NCBI GenBank assembly: GCA_950097015.1
Contig: CATNEN010000033.1
Location: forward strand, 1,302,001-1,366,000
Source of the DNA: Macrostomum hystrix
Lineage: Eukaryota > Animalia > Platyhelminthes
Reading direction: 5' to 3'
Length of the DNA: 64,000 nucleotides
In this document: positions 49,517 to 60,700 of the stretch, in pieces
Layout of the letters: each line of letters begins with the position of its first letter
How positions within the stretch are numbered: the stretch's first letter is position 1
Notes under the pieces: model-generated
Told to the model about the DNA's origin: nothing
The model's database searches: none
Seen by the model: only the letters and a program-made list of their open reading frames with translations
Program-made: the position numbers and the translations under genes

Positions 49517-50838
49517 TTAGGCATGATGAACATTGCAGTTAGACATTGTTTCCTTTATCGACATCACACCAATAGGGCCCACACGTTTAACGCGCACGGT
49601 CGATACACTGGCGTCGACGGACAATGCTTCTGACATTGCTCGAAAGTCGGCGTCTCTCCTCATCCTGGAGTAACGTTCCACACTCTCTGGGTTTTTGTGT
49701 CCCGTGTTACTAGCAATCACTGAATTCGAAAATCCGTGCTCTTTCAAAATCGTAACGTGGGTTACGCGAATACAATGATTCGTGTAACACTTGAGACCAT
49801 GATTATTCGAAAGTTGACTCATGAGTTGATCGATCGTATTTTTGCCAACCGTACGGGATACACAGTACCAGCGCTTATCTTATGTACCTTTTGAAACGTT
49901 GACACACGGCTTCGGGAAAAGCGACTCGATGCGCAGGTCGTTTAGGCACTGCAGGTAGATCTTTAATGCAGCATCGGGACAATTTTGATTTTCAGAATCC
50001 GAATACATGCGTGCCTGCTTAGCATCATGGAATTCGGTCTTCTTCAGAGATGCCTTCGAATTCTTACTTAGAAGGTCATGATTCAGTGCGACATAGTCAC
50101 GGCCTTCAGAATCTTCTAAAAACACGCAACTCTCCTTAGTCAGCGTTGGTAGAGTTTCTCGTCCACGCAGTCCAAAATAATAAATTAGATGAAACATGAT
50201 GAATTTAGATGAAATTAGACCTCCTGCTGCAGTATGACACCATTTGACCTATCAAAATAGCCCATGATTTTCTGCAGGTCATTATTTTCAATTGCAGCAA
50301 ATCTGTCTCGGGATTTTGGCTGATTGGCTAGCTTGTACATCGATACCAACATCCGATTGGCATTCGCGAAAGCAATGTCCGCAATAATATTAATATCCGG
50401 ACGGTTCAGACAGAAGAAGCGATGCAGTCCGGCTCGAACGCAGATAAGACTTGCTGGAGCATAGTACTGCTCGTCCTTTGTTCGCAATCTCGAATAGAAG
50501 AAGCGTAAATAGTTAGCCAAAATAGACCTTGGAATTTGTAACAGGTCAGTTGACAGCTTGCTTGCTACCAAAAATCTCTTGAAGCGGTTCAAATTTTCCT
50601 CCATCTGCCGTGCAGAAGAATCGGGCAGGTGATCTCGCTCAAGCTGATTCAACTCCTGCATCACGTCCTCCGGAACGTCTTGAATCTCCTCAGACTCCAT
50701 CTTGCGCGCGAATTCCTCGCTTAGTTCTTCCAAATACCGACTGTTCGATTCTGATGATATCCAAGGTAACTCTTCGGTTGACATACCGGAGACAATTTCT
50801 CCAGGCATATTGGAAAAATTAATTAAATGTTTGATCAT
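49517..50838 (-). pseudogene. Tyrosine recombinase (Crypton/DUF3504-type), disrupted
   Basis: Catalytic R (YFGLRGRE), H-x-x-R (YTNHCIR), H (TGHK) and Y (SVERY); N-terminal LANYLRFFYSRLRTKDEQYYAPASL and C-terminal WY..VGKNTI motifs. Broken by a 20-nt insertion with a stop (50198-50217) and an in-frame TAA at 49880-49882. Confidence 0.88.
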
Positions 50839-51462
50839 GGTTAGACCGTCAAAAAAAGAGCTAAATCCTGGCAGAGTTAAAATTACAGCGCTTCTCTGGA
50901 AGCCGGGGCAAGTTAAATTTTTTTTAAAGAAATATTTGTCTATGGTACAGAGTGGGGGGGCTTTGCCCACTTCTTGTGTGGGCTTCGCCCCCCACACCCC
51001 CAGATTTCACCCACGCTTCTTCTTTTAGTTGTCTATGGTAAATAATAAGCTATAATACAACATGGAACCCGGAATTTTCGACATGTCTGTTGCCTAAAGC
51101 AGGCATCAATGTACTCGTAGAATTTTGAGGGCGCGTAAGCGCCCGAACTAAATTCTACATTGATGCCTTGCAAAAAGCAATGTTTATATTATATTGTTTA
51201 GATGCCTTAATGTCTGCCCGCTGTCTGATTTCGTATTCTCGAGTTGGCCATAGACAGCAGTCACTGCTTGGCGCAGCAGAAAGCTCAGTGTCCAATTACG
51301 TACTTTACGTGCTAAAAAAGCCAGCTGTCCCAATTAGACCGCAAAATTTTGTAATAGTGCATGCTATAATTTACTGTTTCGTAGCAACGATTTGCCCTTA
51401 GGGGATCTTATTATCGGCGCAATGTCTTTGTCTCTTAGCAACATATTGAAGTCGCTTATTGT

Positions 51463-52885
51463 TCAGCGACCCGCTTCACTATTACAAGCCAGCTCCGCCT
51501 GGGACATGACGCGACAGATGTGAACCTTCAGAGACTGAAGGTGGTTCAGCAGCTCGGCAGAAGCTGGGTCCTGCTGGCTCGCCCTCAGCTGGGAGATTCG
51601 GTGGTTCAGGTGGTCCAAGGGCGTCTTCCTGCACCGGTCCTTGGCCAGAAGGCCAATCAGATCCGAGTGAGGCTTTTGATTGGCCACGCAACTGATAAGA
51701 TGGTAGACCATTTGGATGGATTGAATGCTATCCAAGCACTTGGTGAAAGCGTAGTGAAAATGGTTTGTTCGTTCCGCTGCACCGCAGCAAAGCTGAGTGG
51801 GCGCAGCGTCGAAATCCAAAAAAATTGAAATCAGGTCAACTCGGCGCATCTTCAGGCTCAGCGACAGAGGTGTCTGGGGTTACGGAAAAATGTTTTTTTA
51901 TATTAGAAGGTTGTACGAGCTCGTATTTCCATAAGATTCGTGAACTTCTGAATTCATGGTACTTTCGTGTGGATTAGAATTCCGCAATTGAGTCATGGGA
52001 CCATTTAGATAACACAGCTTTGATAGGCTTACATGGCCGTTAATGTTGACCAAGTTAATGACCGGCAGCAACTTCTTTTGCCTTCTCAGTTCGCTTAGAA
52101 GGTAGTCTACATCTTCCTGACTACGACCTTGCATCACCGCATTGTGGAGCTGTCTGGAGTTTAAAATATAAAGTAAAAAATACTTTACGAACAGAAGAAG
52201 GACAAAAATACAAACAGTAGTATTGGAGATTCAATAGTGTTGGACATGTCTACTTTTCACAACACGCTTTTTAAGCGTTTCGTGTAAAGTGGTTTAGTCC
52301 CACGCCACCACACTACCTGCTGCTTCCGCCGTTGTTTGCGTCTTTGTGGGGCTGTTGGTTACTAAAACTAATCTTGTGTACTTTATGAGTGCTCCAGGCT
52401 CTGCGATTGAAATCAGAAGATATAGATTTTGCTAGCAAATGACGGCTAGCAAATGGGTAACCACTAATATGCTAATAATCCACTAGTAAGCGAACCACTA
52501 ATAAGCAAAATTGGAGACTGCTCAATGTGCACATTGCTTGCGGGTAACTAATCGACATCAACTGTATTGGGTGCCTCACGTGTTGAAGTTATCGTCAACT
52601 AGCAGTGCCTGTGGATTAATCTTCTTCAGCAGGGCTAAGCGTGTTGTAGAGGATAGGCCTGGCCCCTTGTCAGATGTCGGGAAGGTTGTATGTGCCGGCT
52701 GTGTGGGTACTGGCGGGTGCGGCGGCAATGGAGGGGCAAGCTGGGGCTCATTGATAACGACATTCGCTGTGCTTCCCGGGATTCGGCAAGCGGCATCGTC
52801 ACAATTGGCACCATGAGCGGATCCATTTAGCAGTTCTAGTAGACTGTCAAGGCATTCGGCTGACTGGTCCAAAGCCTGCGGCGGC

Positions 52886-52942
<57 letters not shown>

Positions 52943-53247
52943 ATGGCGAAGTTGTCCCAATGTTGTTCTGGCGACTGGGCACCATAGGGAGTCACTGGAC
53001 TCGGAATGTAGTGCTGCATCAGTAAGTGGTCAGATTGTAGCGACTGCGAGACCGTAGGCGGCGCGCTAGTCTTCGCGAGTTGCCGCAGTCCTTTGACGGA
53101 CTTGTTTTGCTGATCAATTCTCTTTGGTGACTTTGTGTAGATCTTAGTCGAGCTGACTTCGGCACTGTTGTCTTCCTCGTCTGAAATTCGCATGGCGCTC
53201 AATCCGGGCTCGACCTGCTGCGAATGGGCCATGCTTGTTGAGTGCAA
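51463..53247 (-). CDS. Ankyrin-repeat protein with polyQ N-terminus (IkB-like layout), paralog 2
   Basis: In-phase exons 52580-53247, 52033-52153, 51463-51873. Same splice positions, phases and 121-nt middle exon as paralog 1. Confidence 0.82.
52888..52941 (-). repeat. Uninterrupted (CAG)18 coding polyglutamine tract
   Basis: 18 CTG triplets on + within exon 1 of ankyrin paralog 2. Confidence 0.97.
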
Positions 53248-54780
53248 CTCTGAGAGTTAGTTTCTTTAGTGGCCTGGCACCCCTCTTATGGGTAGTTCTG
53301 TTTTTACTGAACGCCGTGGGCTTACTGAGTGAGGCGGAGGGCAGAAAGAGAAGTTCAAAAGATGGACTAAACAACAGAAATACAGAGAGAGACATGCAAA
53401 GACTCTACTAATTATTAGAAATGCCCAACCTGCCCTCGTGTGTACATTTGGCATCAGCAAATTTTTTGATGCATGCGTTTGCTTGTTGTATGCGATTACA
53501 TCCGTGTCAGACTCACCTCGTCGCTAAAATGCAACAAGGAAAGCCACTAAATTTTCTACCAAGTGGTTAAGGTTTTTACCTTGATACTAGCTGCGTACAT
53601 CGCAATAAGCTATGTACGCATGTAGAGATGTTAAACTATTCTCTTTTTAACTATTGAGATATAAATATCAGTTTCTAATTGTACTAGTGTAAAACTTTTC
53701 TGCAGAATGTACCTCGGAAAAGCAAGGCTTGTTTTGAAGGTTTTTGTGCTTATACCTTCATGCTTTACGCGTATCCATATGCCCCATTTTCAAGGTCATC
53801 GGTTTTGCAGATGCCACACTCTGGCTATGACTTACACATAAATAAGCTTATACTTGCTAAGTATCAAGCCTCTCTCACCTCCGCCCGCTCGGTATGTGCG
53901 TTTATACAGCCAATGTGCGTTTGTACAGCCAATGTGCGGTGTCCAGCTTTGCTATAGAGGGACAGCACAGACTCTCAGTGGGGCAGGTTTCGCGTCTTGC
54001 ACACTGTTTCTCTTTTCTCTTAAACGAAAAGGGAACCTCCTTCTGTTTATCATATTCTCATGGCAGAACAGCTAGCACAATACGAGCTATTCACAGAGAA
54101 GGTAGCATTCCCAGAAGCAAAGTAATAAACTCAGAATAGTGTAACATAACCGACTTATTTGCAATTCAAAAGCATTTCGCTGCTTGTTTACCACTTGACT
54201 AATTTTCTAAATTAGGTTGCGAATTTGATCTTTTAGCCGATAACAGACGGAAGGTCGAAAAATGGAAGCACTTTGCTGCGAGCGAAAGCAAAGAAATAAA
54301 ATAATTTACATACGAGCGTCCATTTCAAGACAGGAGTATTCAGATTAGCATATTCGGAGCTTGAATAAATTTTATAAGTAGTCCAATCCAGAATGGCAAA
54401 TAATTGTACTTCTACGAGGGCTATCCAAAAGTAGCGTATCATGTGATTTTACACAGTCTTAAAGCGGCTAGTCCCGACTTTATATAGATTCAAACATCTC
54501 TTAAAACAGACATGGAACCTAAAGTTATGAACAAAAAATTAACAGGACCTTGACCATAGATATGTTTGAGTCAGTAAAGAAGCTATTGGAGCAAGTACAC
54601 TTCTCAACCAAAACTTCTTTCTCAAGCTGCTGGTACACGGATATGTCTCTGGAAAAAAACACAATGAAAACATGAAGCAGCAGAGTATGTCACTTGACAT
54701 TGGCTTCAGTGTCTCTTGTTCCCTCTTCTTGCTTCGCCAATGATCATGGATGTGCATTCGAGTGTTGCCCAGAGGATTGA

Positions 54781-57700
54781 TTAACTCTTGAGTCCACTTG
54801 CGCTAACAGGCACCAAGCCTTCAGGCAGGGACCACAGCTGGATGAAGCCTTCTTGAGTTGCTGCTACAATCGTTGTGTCCTGGAACGCGAATGCCATGTC
54901 TGTTGGCAGCGACGCAAAAGGCACAGCTTCGACGGTGGTCAGTGGAGTCTATGAAACAGGTCAAGGGGTTCATGAAGAAAAATAGTATTATTATTACTAT
55001 AGCAATATCATACGTAATTTTCTGTGAGTGAACGAGTAGCCCGTTTGACTTCTGGCACCAAGTTTCCTCTGCTCGAATCCGCAGTTAGGCCCCATTAATT
55101 TGGAGTGCAGCCCCGAAGAGAAGACTCAGGGCTTTCTGCGATTTACCACCAAGGGTCAACCCCGAGGGCACAGTGAGAGTGTACACTGCCTGACGATGAG
55201 GAACTCAGGGCAGATGTATACACCTTGAGTGAGTGTGATTCCGTGTACGTATACTCTGGCTATGGGTCGACTTTCGCGTCGACAATGAAGCTCCAGTGGT
55301 CACTGCAAATATCACAATGAGTACGGAGTTTTCTATATCACGCCAGAATTGATTCACCCACAAGCTAATTAAAATTCGTCCAACAAACCTCCCCAGGCAG
55401 AAACGGGTAGGCGCGGACTTCCAGCTTGCCGTCTCCAGAGCACGAGGCCAGCAGTCGAGAGCTTGACGAAAGAGTCGACAAACATTGAGCATCTCGGCGC
55501 GCTTCAACGCCTCGAATCAAAGATTCGCTGTCAAAGCACCGTTCGTCAATTTTGGCGTCGGGAGACGTTGGCCGCATCGTTGGAGCTGACCCTGAATGTT
55601 GATAAGAGTGCGAGTTTGACATCATTTTTAATTTTTAGAATGTACAGTAAAGACTAGACAAACAAGCTATGACATAAGTGTAACGGAAAGTGTATTTTAA
55701 ATAAGCTTTGTCAGCTAGTACAGGATCATGCATAAACTTAGATTTTCTACATGAACCTTCAATGTCCCAGAGCAGACCGTACTGATTTGACCGTACTTGA
55801 GCAGAAAGCAGACAGTTTGTTGTCAGTTGCCATGATGTCGAGCCAGCTAAAAAAGTTAATCTACAGAAAAATTGTCCCTTTTACTGCAACGGCATTCGAG
55901 TCATCGCGTCACAGAGAGTTCCACCCGACTCTCACACAGCTTCACCAGCAGCTCCTCGCACTGGCTCCTCAGCAGGTGGCCGCTAGGCGACCAGTCCAAC
56001 CTGCGAACAGGAGACGAGTGGCCAAGTACAACAAGCGACGCTGCCGAGCCGGGAAAGGCGGCCGGACAGATGTCTGGGGAGTCCAGAGTAGAGCCCGTGC
56101 GCAACAGGCGCAAACTGCCGTCCCGGCATCCGATGGCTAGGATTGCACCGTCTGTAAGGTTGGTTCGGGTGTTATGTGCCCTGATCAACAACGATGCTGA
56201 ATTTCATGCGAATTACCTGGACTGAAGGAAACTGCGGTCACTCCGATGTCTGAAATAAAATTTAAAGCGTTTTTTAATTTAAGTTGCGAAACGGCCAAAA
56301 CGAGTTAGATAGCTCAAGAGAGTAGCTTGGAACGCCAAAAGCAGGCGTCACCTTAGCTCTCAGTTAAACTCTCTCACGCACTCTTCCGATCGCTGGTTGC
56401 GCAGGAAGCGAGCAGCTCGCCGTTCTCGCTATCAAGCACCACAATCCGCCCGTCCGCTGCGCCAGCTACTATGTGGCGACCGTCCGGCGGACGCCAGGAT
56501 ACACAGTTCAGCGGCACTGCGCCGCCTGCCGCAGCTGCTTCTGCGGACGTCGCTTGCGACCGCCAAAGTCGACGTCGTCTCGACCAGCCGCAGACGTATC
56601 CATCAGCGCCGACTGTGACGAATCCGACTCGTCCGCGACGCGACCCAGCAGGACGCGTTGCTATGGCGACCCTGCCGATACCAGGGTGAACGCAACCGGC
56701 GAGATGGCAGAAGCTGCCAGCCAGCGAGCCTTCGAGGAGCTCACCGGAAGCGGTGATAAGCGCCAACCGACCATCAGAGCCCAGGGTAGCAACTGACACC
56801 AGCGGAGATGTCGGAGACAACGAATGCAGCTAAGGTTTTTTCAGTTGGGATGAGACATTGTATTCTTGGTTTTGTCTAAGTTTGGCAGATCTTTGAATCG
56901 TAATCAGCACAATAGTCTCTCTCACAATAGTCTCCTTCACTAATTCGTAGTCGTTGAAGGTGTCCCAGACTCGAATGCAGTTGCCGGACGCAGAGAGTAG
57001 GGTTCCATCTGGTAGAGCCTGTAAGCAGCTCACTGGACCCTTTAGTATAGTTAATGTACACAGTGATGCATTTTCAGTACCGTTCAAGGCTCACTAACCA
57101 TACAACAATAAAACCAGCTCCTAAAATTTAGCGACCGAATCGAAAAATTGTTGTCTACCTTTGATATACGAGCTAGATAGAAACCATTCGGTTAAGTCCA
57201 TCACTCCATCCACCCGTCACCCACCTTGCAAAACTCACCGGATGAGGTTGACCATCGAGATTTTTCGATGACCACGGTCGAAAAGAGTCATCGTCATGCC
57301 GAGTCCACACTCGTAGACGTCCGTCAGAGCCGCCTGCTACGGCATTGCCCGCTAGATCAAAGACGAGGCACAGCAGCCTCGGTTGAGATGTCGAGGGTGA
57401 TGCAGTCGATGATCCAGAAGGCGAAAGGCCGCCGGCACTGCGCGTGTCCAGCAGCAGCGCCTCCCCACCGAAGAGACGCCAAAAGTGCGCATGTCCTCGG
57501 CCTACTGATACCACGCCAGTGAAAGCCTCTTTTACGTCGAGGATTTCACTCTCGCTAAAGCCATCGCCATCGTTCAGGTTATCCACATTGATGCTTGGCC
57601 GAAAGATCGCGCGTCGGACTCCACGACCGTCGGTCTTTGTTCGGGCAAGCGTGTGGCCTGCCGACCAGTCATATATCACCAAGGACTGTCGTGAGTTGGC

Positions 57701-60700
57701 TTCACTATCACATTCATTGTCACAGTTTTCACCTTCGCCTTCAACAGCAAGCAGAAGTTCGCCATCGACCGAGAAGTTAAGCGAAACTGCGGTGATAACT
57801 GGACCAGCTTCACCGAGTACAATCAGGGTGGCAAGGCTGACGACGTCCCAGATCCGGATACTGCTATTGAAACCGTCGCTGTGGTCTTGGCCGTTGACAC
57901 TGCCGGAACTCCGCGATTGGACACGCTGACTACTGGCCACTATTGGGCGACTTGGGTGGCAATCGAGGCTGTGTTTTCGTAGCAATAGATTTGATGCATC
58001 ATACGGGTCAAGCGTCTCATATGAGCCGTAAATGACCCACCACGGCGGCTATCAGAAGTCATCGGGATGCTTAGAAACTGTTCTATTTTTATCTTTATTT
58101 CTAAGCCTATGTTCACAAGTAGTAGAGTGACGTATGTACGAATTTTGAACCTCAAGCCCAGGGAGACACAATCCGCGATCTGTCTGTGTCCTTCAGCAAA
58201 GTAGTTCCCTAGTGCCTCAGTTCAGCAGCTGTTAAATCAACTGAATCTACCCAGAATCAACTGGGTAGAATTCCCCCAGTCCTTGGACTGAACAGCTGTA
58301 CATATGGCCTTTGGAAGCGCTGCGTAATTACTGCCACTGTGCCACTGGCTGTTCATCTGGCACACCTGTGCTTGTGTGAATTTCGACTCCATTTTTTGCA
58401 AGTATGCAACATTATAGTATAGTCCTATAGTGCAATAGCATGGCCTATAGCAGTATGACATTGAGCAAATACCCGGGAAGCCAACATATTCAGAAAAACA
58501 CGAACCAGACAATATGCAACTGGTGCCCGGTGTAGTGCCTCTGCCTCCGTCTGTCTGGGCTGAGCAGTACAGCCACCGCGGCTGCGGCAAACACTAAAGA
58601 ACCGTCAGGCAGGGCTTGCAGGCAGCCTGACGCAGCATTGACAGGACCGTGGAGCCAATAGAAACTCAGGCTGCCGCTCTTACTGACTGGGCGAAAGTCT
58701 CACGATGGCGAGGGAAACGGTTGTCATGTCATGTGCGAGTTAATGTCTATGGCTTCCTGAGCTAGCTAGACTCCGAGGAGAGGACCAGAACGCCATGCAA
58801 GCATTTTATTATGGTTCCAACCGTTTTTCGCTTCGAGTAACCTTTTTAGCCCGTACCTCGTTGATAGTAGCCCCTTAAGGCTCATTAAAGCTCACGCTGC
58901 CAAAAAACGAGGCTAAAAGACACTATGATTATTTATCGCTGTTATGACCATTCATACCTGTGTCGCCGATCAAAGCTTTTTTAAGACGAAAGAGAAAATT
59001 TTTTTAAATAAATCGCTTATTTAAAATATATAAATTTTTAAATTGAAATCAAATCGCTATCCCTTCGGGGGTGTCGCTCGCTTTCATCTCGCCCAATTTT
59101 TCCGTCTTCCCGGTGTTTAACGAGCCTTACTAACTATTTAGTTTCATCACTCGGGGGTGAGTGACAGAGCAGTCAAACGTATTTGCCTCTCGCGCCAAGG
59201 TCCCTGAGCTCGATTCCGCGGAGAGAAGGCTTTGGGGCTTTATGCCCATGAGGGCCAACCTCCAAGGCCCAGTGAGAGTGCAGTGCACTACCTGACGATG
59301 AGAAAGTCAGGGCAGATGTACACACCTATGTGAGCATGTGCCTGCATATAGTATCTGTGCGTTTGTGCTCAGGAGATAGAGAAATAGGTGGTATTGCCTC
59401 CTCGCTGGCTTCTGGTCCAGTGTCACCAAAATGATGTGTCATTGCCCGCAGCCCTCCTACAATTCTTATATTATAACACTATTATTAGGTTCGTGACTAA
59501 CCCTATTCCTATATTTAGCATGCTTTTCCAGTGTTAGTTTGACTCACCTCGATACTGGCTCTCGTCAGTGAGTTCTCCTGTCGACCTGCTCAGCACCGAC
59601 AGCGGTGGCTGCAGTGGCTCAAAGGAGCGGCCACTTCTTGTAGCCGAGAACTCAACTCTCAGCCGCTCTGTGGGGCTCTCACTCTGAGACCGTCGGTGAC
59701 TGCTGGACGTTTCTGAGTAGGAAATTGTTATTCTGTGTAGTTAATGCCGTTAGCACTACTGTGAGCAGTGTGAGTCTAAAGCTGTTATTATGATTGTAGA
59801 TACGGCTAGAAAATTACATATTATAGTAATCATAATCATTCTGACCAAGAGATCCAGAGTTCGATTCTCAGCCCAAGGGAGAGAATGTGTGTCATCGAGA
59901 ATGAGATTTCATTCCCTTATGCTTCAGTTCAGCCAGCATTAGCCATGAACTGTGTTCATTCCCTTATGCTTCAGTTCAGCCAGCATTAGCCATGAACTGT
60001 GTTCATTCCCTTATGCTTCAGTTCACCCAGCTGTAGCCATGAACTGTGTTCATTCCCTTATGCTTCAGTTCAGCCAGCATTAGCCATGAACTGTGTTCAT
60101 TCCCTTATGCTTCAGTTCAGCCAGCATTAGCCATGAACTGTGTTCATTCCCTTATGCTTCAGTTCAGCCAGCATTAGCCATGAACTGTGTTCATTCCCTT
60201 ATGCTTCAGTTCAGCCAGCATTAGCCATGAACTGTGTTCATTCCCTTATGCTTCAGTTCACCCGGCATTAGCCATGAACTGTGTTCATTCCCTTATGCTT
60301 CAGTTCAGCCAGCATTAGCCATGAACTGTGTTCATTCCCTTATGCTTCAGTTCAGCCAGCATTAGCCATGAACTGTGTTCATTCCCTTATGCTTCAGTTC
60401 AGCCAGCATTAGCCATGAACTGTGTTCATTCCCTTATGCTTCAGTTCAGCCAGCATTAGCCATGAACTGTGTTCATTCCCTTATGCTTCAGTTCAGCCAG
60501 CATTAGCCATGAACTGTGTTCATTCCCTTATGCTTCAGTTCAGCCAGCATTAGCCATGAACTGTGTTCATTCCCTTATGCTTCAGTTCAGCCAGCATTAG
60601 CCATGAACTGTGTTCATTCCCTTATGCTTCAGTTCAGCCAGCATTAGCCATGAACTGTGTTCATTCCCTTATGCTTCAGTTCAGCCAGCATTAGCCATGA

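Larger units (their letters stand above)
45040..51348. mobile_element. Putative tyrosine-recombinase (Crypton-like) element bounded by imperfect inverted repeats; interrupted by a P element
   Basis: 45040-45137 is the reverse complement of 51234-51348 (17-nt indel, otherwise mostly identical). Hairpins at 45233-45298 and 51101-51168. YR pseudogene inside. About 3.1 kb once the P element is removed. Confidence 0.55.

Noticed and set aside
41757-53247. Integrated virus or Polinton-like element carrying ankyrin (vankyrin-like) genes plus YR
   Set aside because: The ankyrin genes have spliceosomal introns and lie outside the inverted repeats; no capsid, ATPase, protease or polB genes were seen.
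57969-58050. WWVIYG segment as the HELP motif exon
   Set aside because: The better HELP match is exon 58506-58686, which splices in phase to the acceptor at 57968; this segment is intronic.
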